From: Hespellia sp.
GTDB lineage: Bacteria; Bacillota; Clostridia; Lachnospirales; Lachnospiraceae
Length of the DNA: 64,000 nucleotides
Assembly: GCA_028689735.1 (NCBI GenBank)
Contig: JAQVCP010000007.1
Span: 20,962-84,961 of the forward strand
Reading direction: 5' to 3'
In this document: one piece after another, positions 46,407 to 57,943 of the stretch
Numbering within the stretch: position 1 is the first letter of the stretch
Layout: each line of letters opens with the position of its first letter
Position numbers and translations under genes: made by a program
Notes under the pieces: model-generated
The model's database searches: none
What the model saw: the letters and a program-made list of their open reading frames with translations, nothing else
What the model was told of the DNA's origin: nothing

Positions 46407-49055
46407 TTATCGCATCCCTTTCAGTCTCTCATCTACCTGTTCCATCATCTGAGTATATTTTTCCAGCTTCGCTTTTTCTTCGTTGATCTTTGCTTCCGGC
46501 GCTTTACTGAGAAAACGCTCATTGCTAAGCATTCCATTTACACGGGCAAGCTCTTTGGTCAGACGCTCTTTTTCCTTGGTCAGACGTTCTTTTTCCTGTT
46601 CAAAATCAACCAGATCTTCCATCGGAAGATAAACGGTTGCATCCGGCACCACAATGGATACGGCGTCATCAGCAATTCCATCCTTCGTGTGGCTCACGAT
46701 AATCTCACTTGCCAGAATCAACGGCTTTGCTGATTCTTTAAACAGCTCAAACCCCGTACACAGCTGCTGACTCTCAGATACAATATATACCTTTGACTTA
46801 CGGCTCGGTGCCACATTCATCTCGGAACGGATATTGCGGACACCGCGCGCAATTGCCTTGAAATGCTCTGCAATATTTTCTGCCTGTGGGAAACTCCATG
46901 CCTCTGTATATACCGGCCATGACGACATCATAAGTGACGCTTCTTCAGGTACGAGTGCACTGTAAATCTCTTCTGTCACAAACGGCATAAATGGATGCAA
47001 GAGTTTTAAACCATTGGATAAAACAGTCTTCAATGTCCAAAGTGCACAGTTCGCTCCCTTTGGATCTTCTTCTGCATGATAAATACGGTACTTTGCGATC
47101 TCAATGTACCAGTCACAGAATTCATCCCAGATAAAGTCATAAACCTTCTGTACCGCAATTCCAAGCTCAAACTTATCCATATTCTCTGTTACGTCTTTTG
47201 CCAGAGTATTCACCTTGGAAAGAATCCAGCGGTCCATCGGCTTTAATTCAAAATCATCCGGCTCTGTAATTGTCTTATCGTCCAGATTCATCATGATAAA
47301 TCTGGATGCATTCCATACTTTATTGGCAAAGTTTCTGCTTGCCTCTACTCTTTCATTGTAGAAACGCATGTCATTACCCGGTGCGTTTCCGGTCACCAGT
47401 GTCAGTCTGAGTGCATCCGCGCCATACTGATCGATAATCTCCAATGGGTCGATACCATTTCCAAGGGATTTACTCATCTTACGTCCCTGGGAATCACGAA
47501 CCAGGCCATGGATAAATACGGTATTAAATGGTGCCTTTCCGGTATGTGCATAGCCGGAAAATACCATACGGATTACCCAGAAAAAGATAATGTCATATCC
47601 CGTTACCAGCACATCTGTCGGGTAGAAGTAGTCCAGATCTTCCGTCTTCTCCGGCCAGCCCAATGTTGAAAATGGCCAAAGTGCAGAACTAAACCACGTA
47701 TCTAATGTGTCCTCATCCTGTGTGAAATGTGTGCCGCCGCAATGCGGGCACTTCTCTGGCATCTCACGTGCTACCACGAACTCCCCACACTCATCACAGT
47801 AATATGCCGGGATTCTGTGTCCCCACCAAATCTGTCTCGAAATACACCAGTCCCGGATGTTCTCCAGCCAATGCAGGTAAACTTTGTCAAATCTCTCTGG
47901 AACAAACTTCAGATCTCCATTCTTCAGCGCCTCGATGGCAGGCTTTGCAAGCTCTTCCATCTTCACGAACCACTGTTGTTTGATCAGTGGCTCTACCGTC
48001 GTACCACAGCGGTCATGAGTTCCTACATTATGTGTATGCGGAACTATTTTCACCAGGTAACCCTGTGCGTCCAGATCCGCAACAATTGCTTTTCTGGCTT
48101 CGTAGCGGTCCATTCCCGCATACTTTCCGCCCTTGGCATTGATCGTAGCATCATCGTTCATGATATTGATTTCTTCTAAATCATGACGCTTTCCTACCTC
48201 AAAGTCATTCGGGTCATGAGCCGGTGTGATTTTCACTGCTCCGGTACCGAATTCTTTGTCCACATAGTAATCTGCAACAATCGGGATTTCCTTGTTCACC
48301 AGTGGTAGCAGAACATTTTTGCCAATGATATCCTTGTATCTCTCGTCATCCGGGTGAACCGCGATGGCAGTATCTCCCAGCATCGTCTCCGGACGTGTGG
48401 TCGCAATCTCAAGAAAACGCCCCTCTTCCCCTACAATCGGATACTTGATGTGCCAGAAATGGCCTTCCTGCTCTTCATGCTCTACCTCTGCATCGGAAAG
48501 GGAGGTTTTACAAACAGGACACCAGTTAATGATACGGGAGCCCTTGTAAATATATCCTTTTTCATAGAGACCGATAAACACGTCTTCAACAGCCTTTGAG
48601 CATCCCTCATCCATCGTGAAACGCTCTCTGTCCCAATCGCAGGATACACCGATTTTCTTAAGCTGTTCCTTGATTGTTCCGCCATACTCTTCTTTCCACT
48701 CCCAGGTTCTCTCCAGGAATTTCTCACGGCCAAGTTCCTTCTTATCAATTCCTTCTTCTTTTAACTGGTTCGTTACCTTTACCTCTGTAGAGATTGCAGC
48801 GTGATCTGTTCCAGGTATCCAGAGTGCATTATAACCCTGCATTCTCTTGTAGCGGATCAGAATATCCTGAAGTGTATTGTCCAGAGCATGTCCCATGTGC
48901 AGCTTTCCTGTAATATTCGGTGGTGGCATCACGATGGTAAATGGTTTTTTTTCTTTATCGACTTCTGCATGGAAATACTTTTTCTCGCACCATGCTTCGT
49001 ATAATTTATTCTCAATCGCTTTCGGATTATAGGTCTTTTCTAGATTTGTACTCAT
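46407..49055 (-). CDS. valS: Valine--tRNA ligase
   Basis: [25 protein letters not shown]; start at ATG 49055 behind AAGGAGG. Confidence 0.98.
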   Translation of the reverse strand: MSTNLEKTYNPKAIENKLYEAWCEKKYFHAEVDKEKKPFTIVMPPPNITGKLHMGHALDNTLQDILIRYKRMQGYNALWIPGTDHAAISTEVKVTNQLKEEGIDKKELGREKFLERTWEWKEEYGGTIKEQLKKIGVSCDWDRERFTMDEGCSKAVEDVFIGLYEKGYIYKGSRIINWCPVCKTSLSDAEVEHEEQEGHFWHIKYPIVGEEGRFLEIATTRPETMLGDTAIAVHPDDERYKDIIGKNVLLPLVNKEIPIVADYYVDKEFGTGAVKITPAHDPNDFEVGKRHDLEEINIMNDDATINAKGGKYAGMDRYEARKAIVADLDAQGYLVKIVPHTHNVGTHDRCGTTVEPLIKQQWFVKMEELAKPAIEALKNGDLKFVPERFDKVYLHWLENIRDWCISRQIWWGHRIPAYYCDECGEFVVAREMPEKCPHCGGTHFTQDEDTLDTWFSSALWPFSTLGWPEKTEDLDYFYPTDVLVTGYDIIFFWVIRMVFSGYAHTGKAPFNTVFIHGLVRDSQGRKMSKSLGNGIDPLEIIDQYGADALRLTLVTGNAPGNDMRFYNERVEASRNFANKVWNASRFIMMNLDDKTITEPDDFELKPMDRWILSKVNTLAKDVTENMDKFELGIAVQKVYDFIWDEFCDWYIEIAKYRIYHAEEDPKGANCALWTLKTVLSNGLKLLHPFMPFVTEEIYSALVPEEASLMMSSWPVYTEAWSFPQAENIAEHFKAIARGVRNIRSEMNVAPSRKSKVYIVSESQQLCTGFELFKESAKPLILASEIIVSHTKDGIADDAVSIVVPDATVYLPMEDLVDFEQEKERLTKEKERLTKELARVNGMLSNERFLSKAPEAKINEEKAKLEKYTQMMEQVDERLKGMR

Positions 49056-49073
49056 CTCATCCTCCTTAACATT

Positions 49074-49102
49074 AAAAACGCCCTTTACCTCTGTAAAGGG
49101 CG
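49074..49102 (-). terminator. Terminator hairpin in the valS leader
   Basis: CGCCCTTTAC-AGAG-GTAAAGGGCG-TTTTT. Confidence 0.75.
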
Positions 49103-49138
49103 AAAATATATCGCTCATATATAATTTTATCTTAGGAT

Positions 49139-49167
49139 ATAGTATCCTTAAACCGCATTTTTGTCAA
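49139..49167 (-). promoter_or_regulatory. Sigma-A promoter of valS
   Basis: TTGACA-N17-TACTAT. Confidence 0.7.
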
Positions 49168-49226
49168 GATTTTTAGAAATGTTTAAGGATTGTTTAAGAA
49201 TTTCTCCATGAATCAACTATATAAGA

Positions 49227-49802
49227 TTATATTCTTTTTTCTATCAACAACTTCATATCTTTCAATTCCACAATATAACCACTGCAATTTCCCATTCGCC
49301 AACTATAATAATCCTGCTCCGGTACACCATGCCTTGCAAGCATCGCCATCAGTGTTCCTCCATGAGAAACAACTGCAATCTTCTCATATCCTTGCTCTTT
49401 GGCATCCTCGACTAAAGCCTCCAGCGCTTTTGTTGCCCTGATTCCACAAGAAGCTACATCCTCCACAAAGGGGACAATCGTTGGATCGTCTGGGCAGGTA
49501 AGCCATTTGTTGTACTGAGGATTCCCCAATAACTCCTCATGACTTTTTCCTTCAAACTCACCAAAATCTGTCTCTCGCAACTCTGGTATGACAGTCTGTG
49601 CAACATTCGGCCATAAGAGTACCGCTGTTTGACGGCACCTTGCCAAAGGACTAATATACACATGTTCCACCGATGGCATTACCTGTGCGCGCTCCGCTGC
49701 CAAGGCCGCACCACTGGGCGAAAGCAGCACATCCGTTATCCCCAAAAAACGGTGGTCCATATTTTCTATTGTCAGGCTGTGTCTCATTAGAATTATCTTC
49801 AT
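49227..49802 (-). CDS. Histidine phosphatase family protein (CobC-like)
   Basis: RHS(G)LT, SPLARC, LRETDFGEFEG, VVSHGG; lies at the end of a B12-dependent locus. Confidence 0.85.
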   Translation of the reverse strand: MKIILMRHSLTIENMDHRFLGITDVLLSPSGAALAAERAQVMPSVEHVYISPLARCRQTAVLLWPNVAQTVIPELRETDFGEFEGKSHEELLGNPQYNKWLTCPDDPTIVPFVEDVASCGIRATKALEALVEDAKEQGYEKIAVVSHGGTLMAMLARHGVPEQDYYSWRMGNCSGYIVELKDMKLLIEKRI

Positions 49803-49833
49803 TTTTCACTTCTTCTCCCCGATATGATATCAG

Positions 49834-50439
49834 TCATTTCGTTTGTTCTGCCCGTCTGGCTGATCTAAGAGCATCAAATTTTTCTCCGGTTTCGACGTTC
49901 TTTTCCTCTGTCACTATCTCGCGTTCAGTCCCTGTATCTCCATGTTTTGTAGAGACGACATTTCTCGGTTTTTCTGCTTCTGCCTGATTTTTCCACGGAA
50001 GTTCATCTCCCGGCTCACTCAGATATTCAAAAATCTTCCAGATACCATCTCCATTATAAGAGCTCACCTGAAAAATAGGATCACATCCGGCCAGCTTCAG
50101 CCAGTTTGTCGCTCTCTTGACGTTCTCGCCATCATCCCGGTCAATCTGGGTTACAATCCCAATCACCGGGCGATTGGCTACTGCTGCCACACAAGGGGAA
50201 TAGAGAGAATAAGGTTCCGTACAGTTTAAAAGCAACGCAATCACATCGGCTTCATAACTGTACAATGCAAGCGCACGGGCCAATGTATAATTCTCTGCAT
50301 ATTCTCCTGGTGTATCAATAATCACATTAAAGTGATTCACATATTGTGTTTTATGGTAAGATATTGTCCCACCACGCAGAGCCTGCATCAATGTTGTCTT
50401 TCCACATTCACTGCGTCCAATCATTATCATCTTTTTCAT
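49834..50439 (-). CDS. pduV: EutP/PduV family microcompartment GTPase
   Basis: GRSECGKTTL, IDTPGEY, GIVTQID. Confidence 0.9.
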   Translation of the reverse strand: MKKMIMIGRSECGKTTLMQALRGGTISYHKTQYVNHFNVIIDTPGEYAENYTLARALALYSYEADVIALLLNCTEPYSLYSPCVAAVANRPVIGIVTQIDRDDGENVKRATNWLKLAGCDPIFQVSSYNGDGIWKIFEYLSEPGDELPWKNQAEAEKPRNVVSTKHGDTGTEREIVTEEKNVETGEKFDALRSARRAEQTK

Positions 50440-50837
50440 GTTCGCGTAATATCACATACTGTAAACCCAAGTTTGTTGTGCAGATATGTGAGAATTCCTT
50501 TCACTGAAGCTTCTACATTTCCAATTCGACCGGTAAAAATCAAAGTTCCGGAAAAACGGTCAAGAAAACCCATCTCTATTTTTGAGGTCTTTAGTGCAAT
50601 GTCACCTGCAATCACCGTTGTCTCACATGGACAGATTGCCATGATAGCAATTGCAGCCTGGTGATAATCCACATTAGGATCCAATCCAAGCTTTTGATAA
50701 ATCACTTCATCCGGACTGGCAATGATATGGGCTAATGTAACCTCTTTTCCCGGTACAGACTCCTGCACGATTCTCACTTTTGCCGTGGCACTGCCAGCAT
50801 GCATCAGGTCATTTATCCCGTATGGTAATTCACTCAA
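50436..50837 (-). CDS. pduU: Circularly permuted BMC shell protein PduU/EutS
   Basis: RIVQESVPGKEVTLAHII, GFLDRFSGTL; TTG start behind AAGGAG. Confidence 0.9.
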   Translation of the reverse strand: MSELPYGINDLMHAGSATAKVRIVQESVPGKEVTLAHIIASPDEVIYQKLGLDPNVDYHQAAIAIMAICPCETTVIAGDIALKTSKIEMGFLDRFSGTLIFTGRIGNVEASVKGILTYLHNKLGFTVCDITRT

Positions 50838-50924
50838 TCTGGTCACTCCTTTCTCTTGGCCTCGCGGCATCGTCTAGAATACTGACCCGTTCACTTTTTA
50901 TCTGACTGCAAACGTGTCCCCACA

Positions 50925-51476
50925 CTAGTTTAAGTGTTTCAGTAAATCCGGATGCGGAGATGGAATTACACAGTGACTCGTGAGTTCTCCGCTGTCTCCC
51001 ATACCGTTGATACATGCCTTCACAGCTGAGCGGACGGAGGATACCTCTCCGGTAAACGTTACAACTCCTTTTCCACCTAGTCCTCGCGCAATGCGAATCT
51101 CCATCAACGTCACGTTGGATGCCTTTGCCACAATGTCTCCCACCTGCACAGCAGAAAGGGCGGAAATCGTCTCAATGACACCGACAGAAGCAATTTTGTC
51201 AACTTCTGTCAATCCGAGGATGGCTCCAGAAATGGACTCATGAACATTATTGATGATATGTTCCGAAATTAAATAGCTTCCAGCTACCTGTCGACCTGAA
51301 TTGATTGCACTTTTCACAGATCCGACATTTCCCTGAATGATAATGATGTATTTCCCCGGGCACGAGGGCGTTGCCGTTACAATCTCCACGTTGGCTGCTT
51401 TCAGCATGTTGTCCGCGGCTTCAATACCTACAGGGATGCTTTTCAGTTCTAATAATCCAATGGATGTACTACCCAT
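50925..51476 (-). CDS. pduT: Tandem-BMC shell protein PduT (Fe-S pore Cys)
   Basis: IGLLELKSIPVG, SCPGKY, second domain IRIARGLGGKG. Confidence 0.9.
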   Translation of the reverse strand: MGSTSIGLLELKSIPVGIEAADNMLKAANVEIVTATPSCPGKYIIIIQGNVGSVKSAINSGRQVAGSYLISEHIINNVHESISGAILGLTEVDKIASVGVIETISALSAVQVGDIVAKASNVTLMEIRIARGLGGKGVVTFTGEVSSVRSAVKACINGMGDSGELTSHCVIPSPHPDLLKHLN

Positions 51477-51551
51477 ACGTCAGTCCTCTTTTCTAAATAA
51501 ATCGATCCTGCCCAGGAAGTAAAACTGCCTGAGCAGTCAAATTGACAAGCG

Positions 51552-52886
51552 CTATGCCTTAATCGTCATTGTACTTGCTGTAACTTCTGTCACGGTTCCA
51601 CTGATGCTGGCGTGAAGATTTGCTCCAAGTTTCCCCTCCGGAATCTTTGCAATCAAATCATTTTTTGCTACCTTATCTCCTAATTTTACCACAGGTTCTG
51701 CCGGCATGCCAACATTTTGTTTCAATTCAATCGTCACCGTAGAAAATGTACGCAGCTTCCAGTTCATCGGTGCCGGAACATCAAAATCCGTAAGTGAAAG
51801 CTGGCGAATCAGCTTTGCCACCGGATAACGCTTCAGCTCCCGGAATGGAGACGGAGCATCCGGTTTCATATTCAGAGTGTTGCGAATACCATTTTTTCCT
51901 AATATTGTTTTGAAATTTCCATTGAGTTTCCAGGGCTGCAGCCCCATAACACACGCGTATTCGCATAATCGGCAGCCACAGCACAAATAAGCATTCATCG
52001 GTGTCTCTTTTTCATCACACAAGCTGCCATAGGCAGCGACTCTCATGAGTTTATGCGGATGAATCTGATGATTCAGATTCGCCCTCGGACATACTTCTGT
52101 ACAGAGAGAACATTGCATACATGCAATACGCGCATCCCGGATAGAAGCTTCCATCGGCTTTTCCAGGCTTTTAAGAAGCATGTGATCTTCCGGCAACACA
52201 ATTAATCCTTTTGTTGTTTTCGTAATGAATGTATCCGGGGAAACCACTTTCCCCATCATCGGACCACCGTTGATAATCTTGTATTGGTCTATGGTCGGTC
52301 CTCCTGCAAGTTTCAGCACTTCCCGCACACTGGCACCAATTGGAACCAGCACGGACTTTGGAGTTTTCACTGCTCCTGTAATGGTAACATATTTTTCTAC
52401 CACCGGTTGATTCTTCGTAACTGCAGTGTGGAGATTTAAAGCGGTCTCCACATTGCAGACAACAACACCTACATTTAACGGAATTCCCCCTTCCGGGACA
52501 ACCCGGCCCGTCACTTCACACACAAGTACCTGTTCATCACCGGCCGGATAAAACGATCCCAGCTGATGAATCCGAAGCTTCGGATGACTTGAAACTGCTT
52601 TTTCCAATTCTCTGACCGCTTCCGTGTAGTGTGCTTTCACACCCACAACTCCACTGGCCGCCCCCACATGCTCAACAATCATATCCAGAGCATCTAAAAG
52701 CTCTTTGGCATATTTTTGCATCAATTGCTGATCCACGCGCAAAAGTGGTTCACATTCCGCACCGTTAATAATAACAGTATCCGCTTTTGCATTCAGTTTT
52801 GCATGAGTGGGAAAACCAGCTCCTCCAGCGCCCACGATTCCAGCCTGCTCGGCCAGTCGTATCAATTCTTCGCTCATAAGGTTCAA
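51552..52886 (-). CDS. pduS: RnfC-like cobalamin reductase PduS
   Basis: GIVGAGGAGFPTH, NGAECEP, CMQCSLCTEVCP, CCGCRLCEYAC. Confidence 0.9.
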   Translation of the reverse strand: MNLMSEELIRLAEQAGIVGAGGAGFPTHAKLNAKADTVIINGAECEPLLRVDQQLMQKYAKELLDALDMIVEHVGAASGVVGVKAHYTEAVRELEKAVSSHPKLRIHQLGSFYPAGDEQVLVCEVTGRVVPEGGIPLNVGVVVCNVETALNLHTAVTKNQPVVEKYVTITGAVKTPKSVLVPIGASVREVLKLAGGPTIDQYKIINGGPMMGKVVSPDTFITKTTKGLIVLPEDHMLLKSLEKPMEASIRDARIACMQCSLCTEVCPRANLNHQIHPHKLMRVAAYGSLCDEKETPMNAYLCCGCRLCEYACVMGLQPWKLNGNFKTILGKNGIRNTLNMKPDAPSPFRELKRYPVAKLIRQLSLTDFDVPAPMNWKLRTFSTVTIELKQNVGMPAEPVVKLGDKVAKNDLIAKIPEGKLGANLHASISGTVTEVTASTMTIKA

Positions 52887-52913
52887 ATCCTTTCTTCCAT
52901 TCGGCGCGATCTG

Positions 52914-54317
52914 TTATCTAACGTCAAAACCACCTACAAGTACGCATTTACGCTTTCTTGCAAAACTCTTTGCGGAAGTCAGTCCCTCTCCGGTAGGTCC
53001 TGCGATCGTAAATGTGGTATACCCCATTCCACCTACACCGATTCCAGCATAAGATGGACCATTTTTCACAAAAATCGTTGTCTGGATAAGTTTCGCCATT
53101 TTTGTCAATTTATCGACATTGCGGGAGTGCATCATCGCAGTATGTCTGTTTCCATGCTCTACACGCACCGCCATATCAATAGCAGCATCCACGTTTTCAA
53201 CGCGAACAACCGGAAGAATCGGCATCATCAATTCCACCTGCACAAACGGGTGGGATTCCTCTGCTTCCATAATGATGACTTTCACATCTTTGTCAGCCTG
53301 AATGCCTAACTTTTCAAGGATATAAGGAGCACTCTTTCCTACAAATTCTGTCTTTGGCTTCTTGCCTTCATTCGTAACCAACTCTACCAGTTTCTCAATA
53401 AGAGCCTTATCTTTCAGCTCGTAAGCACCGGACTTTTTCATATTAAAAATCAGATAATCAGCGATAGATTCCACTGCAATAACTTCTTTTTCTGCGATGC
53501 AGGGAAGGTTATTATCAAAAGAACAGCCTGCTACGATATCACTGGCAGCTTTTTCAATATCCGCCGTCTCATCTACTACTACCGGTGGATTGCCAGCCCC
53601 GGCTCCGATTGCTTTTTTGCCACTGGATAATACAGTCTTTACAATAGCAGGACCACCTGTTGCAACCAGCATGCGAACCTTCGGATGCTGCATCATGGCA
53701 TTGGTATTCTCAATGGAAGGCTCTGCAACCGTTACAATCAGATTGTCCGGTGCGCCTGCCTCTTTCAGTGCCCTGTTAAGTGCCCGAATCAGAAATAAAG
53801 TAACTCCCTTTGCACGTGGATGCGGACTAAATACCACTGCATCACCTGCAGCAAGCATGCCAATGGAATTACAGATTACGGTCTCTGTCGGGTTCGTAGT
53901 CGGAGTGATAGCTCCAATAACACCGAATGGAGAATATTCCACCAGTGTCAGTCCATCGTCACCAGAGATTGCTTCTGTCACCAAATCCTCGATACCTGGT
54001 GATTTTGTAGCTGCCAAAGTATTTTTGGCAAGCTTAAATTCGTAGGCACCCATTCCGGTTTCATCTACGGCTGCCTGAGACATATATTCCAGGTTTTCTC
54101 TCTTTAATACAGTGTCTCTGATAACCTGCACAAATTTTGCACGATCTGCCATACTATAACTCAAATATTTTCGCTGGGCAATGTCCGCGGCATTTACTGC
54201 CTCATCCATCGTTTGAAAAACACCTAAATCTCCAGCCGTGGAGATTTCATTTCCCTCTTCCACCTGATCCAACACTTTTTGCACCAGAGACTGAATCAGA
54301 TCTACATCTACTTTCAT
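52914..54317 (-). CDS. pduP: CoA-acylating propionaldehyde dehydrogenase
   Basis: N-terminal encapsulation helix, TPTTNP, GAGNPP, NLPCIAEKE, GPTGEG. Confidence 0.92.
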   Translation of the reverse strand: MKVDVDLIQSLVQKVLDQVEEGNEISTAGDLGVFQTMDEAVNAADIAQRKYLSYSMADRAKFVQVIRDTVLKRENLEYMSQAAVDETGMGAYEFKLAKNTLAATKSPGIEDLVTEAISGDDGLTLVEYSPFGVIGAITPTTNPTETVICNSIGMLAAGDAVVFSPHPRAKGVTLFLIRALNRALKEAGAPDNLIVTVAEPSIENTNAMMQHPKVRMLVATGGPAIVKTVLSSGKKAIGAGAGNPPVVVDETADIEKAASDIVAGCSFDNNLPCIAEKEVIAVESIADYLIFNMKKSGAYELKDKALIEKLVELVTNEGKKPKTEFVGKSAPYILEKLGIQADKDVKVIIMEAEESHPFVQVELMMPILPVVRVENVDAAIDMAVRVEHGNRHTAMMHSRNVDKLTKMAKLIQTTIFVKNGPSYAGIGVGGMGYTTFTIAGPTGEGLTSAKSFARKRKCVLVGGFDVR

Positions 54318-54354
54318 CTAAATTCCTCCTGTCATCCGTGATTCCACTTTTTCT

Positions 54355-55335
54355 TCACTGCTCAATCGCATATTTCGCAATTAAAGTATCCTCTTCCACT
54401 GTTCCACCGGAGACACCTATCGCACCAACAACGCGACCTTCGTATTCGTAGGGGATGCCCCCTCCGAATAGAATAATACGTCCCTGATTACTTGACTCTA
54501 TCCCATATAGCGGCTCGTTAGGCTGTGCCATCTTTCCAAGCACATCCGTAGACATTTTAAATGCATTGGCTGTATAGGCTTTATTTGTCGCAACATCAAT
54601 GCTTCCGAGGAATGAACCCTCCATTCGATGCAGCAGCATTAGATTTCCACCCTCATCTACTGCAGCAAATACAACGCTGATTCCTACCTCCGCTGCTTTT
54701 TCTTTTGCCCGATCAGCCATTCTTTCAATATTTTCCAGTGTGAATGCTGCTTTTTTTTCCATTCCCGTCATAAGCTTTCGCACCTGTTCTTCTACTTTAG
54801 TTCTCAGCTCTTCCTTTTCTAAGATCGTCTCTTCCAGTCTGGCAAGAGCATAGGTAGCATCCGATAAACGATTGATGTATCGAAGAAGTACTTCCCTTAC
54901 TTCTGTCTCTGTCTGCAGGCGAATCAATAGTCGTTCGCAGCGGCGCACAATCGTACGCGCAACATGAAGAGCTCCGGACGAAGGGTTTTTTCCAGGTACC
55001 ACGAAAGATGTCTGTATTCCATTTATCTTGGTACATTCATCCACTACATTTTCAAGGAAGTGCACATCTTCATCACTAATCATATGCTTAAGCTTCTGCA
55101 GACCATTTTCATCACTTGCAATTTCTGCCGCAAAAGAGAACAATCTTCCTTGAACTGTCTGAATCGTATCAATGATATATTTTTGAGAGGACAGCGACTT
55201 GGCATATCCCAGCATAGCCCCCATCTCATCCACCGTTCCGTAACACTCGACACGCAAATCACCTTTACTGACCCGGCTTCCTCCAACTAAACTCGTCTGC
55301 CCTTTGTCGCCAGTTTTGGTGTAGAGATTTGCCAT
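54355..55335 (-). CDS. pduO: Cob(I)alamin adenosyltransferase with C-terminal GlcG/HbpS-like domain
   Basis: YTKTGDKG.T, ARTIVRRCER, INRLSD; C-terminal KAYTA...GGGIP...GAIGVSGG. Confidence 0.92.
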   Translation of the reverse strand: MANLYTKTGDKGQTSLVGGSRVSKGDLRVECYGTVDEMGAMLGYAKSLSSQKYIIDTIQTVQGRLFSFAAEIASDENGLQKLKHMISDEDVHFLENVVDECTKINGIQTSFVVPGKNPSSGALHVARTIVRRCERLLIRLQTETEVREVLLRYINRLSDATYALARLEETILEKEELRTKVEEQVRKLMTGMEKKAAFTLENIERMADRAKEKAAEVGISVVFAAVDEGGNLMLLHRMEGSFLGSIDVATNKAYTANAFKMSTDVLGKMAQPNEPLYGIESSNQGRIILFGGGIPYEYEGRVVGAIGVSGGTVEEDTLIAKYAIEQ

Positions 55336-55599
55336 TTACCCCACCTCCACGGTATCAATAATACCTACAATGCTCGTATCCACCGGCACCTGTCCGCCCA
55401 GTACGGTCCTTGCGGCGCTGCCCTTACAGACAATCACCATCTCTCCGGTTCCTGCGCCAACAGAATCAACCGCAATTTCTGACTCACCAATACGCTGAAG
55501 GTGTTCATCCAGTCGTTCAATAACCAGGAACTTCATTCCAATCAGTGAGTCCTGTTTACTGGTGGATACGACTGTTCCAATCACTCTTGCAATATACAT
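55336..55599 (-). CDS. pduN: BMC vertex pentamer PduN/EutN
   Basis: ARVIGTVVSTSK, AVDSVGAGTGE, IVGIID. Confidence 0.95.
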   Translation of the reverse strand: MYIARVIGTVVSTSKQDSLIGMKFLVIERLDEHLQRIGESEIAVDSVGAGTGEMVIVCKGSAARTVLGGQVPVDTSIVGIIDTVEVG

Positions 55600-55602
55600 A
55601 GG

Positions 55603-56436
55603 TTAATTCCTTTCTTGTACAATCTTAATTCCTTTCATCTGTACCATATCACGGGCCAGCTGAGTCATCTGACTTTCAGGGGCAATACGCAGTGTCGTTC
55701 CGGGAACAAGTGCTGCGATATCAGCTCTCCCAATCACCATTCGTGAAATCTCCACACATTGCTTTTTCTGATTATTTTCAGGCGTTTCCTGCAATACACA
55801 GGCAGCTGCCGATGCACTCTCTTTTACAGTACTCCCACCGATTACATGCATCACCTTATGAGTCATCCGTTCAGCAGTGGTAAGAATCGCTCCAAAATCC
55901 TGCAGTGCAGTCAAATTCCCCCGCAACTTTTCCTGCAATGGTACTGTCAGGTGATACCCTAATTCTTTTCGCTTTGGATTGTCAGGACAACATCCGTCTG
56001 TTGCAATGATTACATTTTTTCCTCGCATCATGGAGTTCAATATCATACGGCTTGCAGCTGTATCCGCAGTACACTGCGCGATCCGTGAAGCCGTTGCGAC
56101 CGTCAGTGCTGGCACGATAATCGTCGGATAACCAGCTGCCATAACCTCCGGTGCCTTATCCAGATTACTCTGCCATACACTTCCAAATGAAATGTTCTGT
56201 TTGATTTTCTCTACGTCCAAAACGTTCATCGCCCCATAGGACATAAATAAATCAAAGGAAAATCCTGCTTCCTGCAATTGTCTGAGACTCTCCATCCATT
56301 CATCAAATCCAAGAACAGAACCAGTACAAACAACGAGAGCTTTTTTTTGCAGTTGCATAAGTTTCTCTGAGACACGCGACACGATTTCATCCATAATTAC
56401 ATCCGCAATTGCCTGACGAATTAATTCCTTATCCAC
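55603..56436 (-). CDS. BMC-associated flavoprotein (PduM-like/EutK-region flavoprotein)
   Basis: IIVPALTVATASRIA flavoprotein motif; N-terminal amphipathic helix. Confidence 0.7.
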   Translation of the reverse strand: MDKELIRQAIADVIMDEIVSRVSEKLMQLQKKALVVCTGSVLGFDEWMESLRQLQEAGFSFDLFMSYGAMNVLDVEKIKQNISFGSVWQSNLDKAPEVMAAGYPTIIVPALTVATASRIAQCTADTAASRMILNSMMRGKNVIIATDGCCPDNPKRKELGYHLTVPLQEKLRGNLTALQDFGAILTTAERMTHKVMHVIGGSTVKESASAAACVLQETPENNQKKQCVEISRMVIGRADIAALVPGTTLRIAPESQMTQLARDMVQMKGIKIVQERN

Positions 56437-56454
56437 GTAAAGTCTCCTTCCTGT

Positions 56455-57276
56455 CTATGCACTTATGGCTATCCCTAATGGTGTGACCAGCAGCGGAACC
56501 GCCGGTTTCACCGTATGAATACCAATTTCTTTTTCAAATATAGATTCGAATTCCGAAAAACAACAGGCACCTCCTACTACGTAAATGGCATCCACGGAAT
56601 AATTTGCTATATATTTCCGTACAATCGAAGCCATTTTTTCTACTACCGGTCTCACTACAGGAAATACTTCGGATTCTCTGGATGGATCTTTTTTCATTCC
56701 TTCCGCTTCTTCTGTTGATTTTCTATAATAACCGGCAAGTACCAGAGTCATATGCGTACCGCCTGTTGCCTCATCCGCGGTATACAAGACCTCTCCTTTT
56801 TCTAAAATACTGATCCCGGTCGTTCCACCTCCCACGTCAACTACTGCACCGGAAGAAATTCCAAGTACAGCAGCCGCTGCTGAAGGTTCATCAATTACTT
56901 TCGTCACTTGAAAGCCTGCACCTTCCACTACGTTGGCAATGCAGCGCACATTTCCACTGATAATCCCCGGTGGAATGGCCGTAGCTGCCTTTGTGAGGGT
57001 TACTCCCAGTTTTTCTTCCAGCGCAGCTTTCATCTTTGACACCGTAGACACTGCATGCACATAATCCACAACAATGCCATCTCTTACAACGTGAGAAGGT
57101 ACACTCATCCCGGCGACTGGTCTGTCATTTTCATCCACAACAGCCACCACAATATTTGCAGTTCCCAAATCAACACCAACTTTAAGTTCTCCGCTCCAGG
57201 AGGCTACGCCCCCTTCTCTTACAAGCTGTTCAAATTCCAGCAATGTCTGATTTGGATTTTCCAAATTACAGGTCAT
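56455..57276 (-). CDS. eutJ: EutJ-like Hsp70/actin-fold protein
   Basis: GVDLGTANI, VVDVGGGTTG, DEATGGTHM. Confidence 0.9.
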   Translation of the reverse strand: MTCNLENPNQTLLEFEQLVREGGVASWSGELKVGVDLGTANIVVAVVDENDRPVAGMSVPSHVVRDGIVVDYVHAVSTVSKMKAALEEKLGVTLTKAATAIPPGIISGNVRCIANVVEGAGFQVTKVIDEPSAAAAVLGISSGAVVDVGGGTTGISILEKGEVLYTADEATGGTHMTLVLAGYYRKSTEEAEGMKKDPSRESEVFPVVRPVVEKMASIVRKYIANYSVDAIYVVGGACCFSEFESIFEKEIGIHTVKPAVPLLVTPLGIAISA

Positions 57277-57295
57277 GAAATACCTCCTCGCTTTT

Positions 57296-57943
57296 TTATT
57301 TACTTATTCGAATCAAATCACCATTTTTTGCACCTGTGGCATTGGCTTCATCCGTATCAATATGCATCTCCAGTGCATATCTGTCTGAAACACGAACCAG
57401 TACATTGGAAAATACTGCACCACGTTCTTCATCCCCGACACGGACATCCACGAGATCCAAGTCCTTCACACCAAAGACAAGTGATTCTTCCGGAGTCATG
57501 TGAATATGTCTCTTTGCAATCATCACACCTTGTGCCTTTGTCACACTGCCACAAGGACCGATGATTTCACAACCTGGCGTCCCGGTCACATTACCAGAAT
57601 CACGTACTGGCGCTTTTATTCCAAGTATAAAACTATCCGTGCGTGATATTTCCAACTGCGTTTCCGAGCGAAGCGGTCCCAGCACACGAATGCGCTCCAA
57701 CGCTCCTTTTGGTCCTTTTATCGTCACCAGTTCTTCAGACGCATATTGACCGGGCTGCCCCAAATCCTTCTTGTGTGTCAGCTCACTTCCCTTACCGAAT
57801 AAAATGTCCATATCTGCACGATCCAGATGAATATGATGATTAGAAACCCCCAGAGGTATACAATTGTCACTTTTCTTTGCCTCAACAACAACTGCCGTTA
57901 CCAATCTCACAAGGTCTTCTTTGGACATATCCTCTGTTTTCAT
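57296..57943 (-). CDS. pduL: Phosphate propanoyltransferase
   Basis: [32 protein letters not shown]. Confidence 0.95.
   Translation of the reverse strand: MKTEDMSKEDLVRLVTAVVVEAKKSDNCIPLGVSNHHIHLDRADMDILFGKGSELTHKKDLGQPGQYASEELVTIKGPKGALERIRVLGPLRSETQLEISRTDSFILGIKAPVRDSGNVTGTPGCEIIGPCGSVTKAQGVMIAKRHIHMTPEESLVFGVKDLDLVDVRVGDEERGAVFSNVLVRVSDRYALEMHIDTDEANATGAKNGDLIRISK

Noticed and set aside
49070-49230. Intact T-box riboswitch before valS
   Set aside because: No T-box consensus or specifier stem visible; only the terminator is present (reported as a finding)
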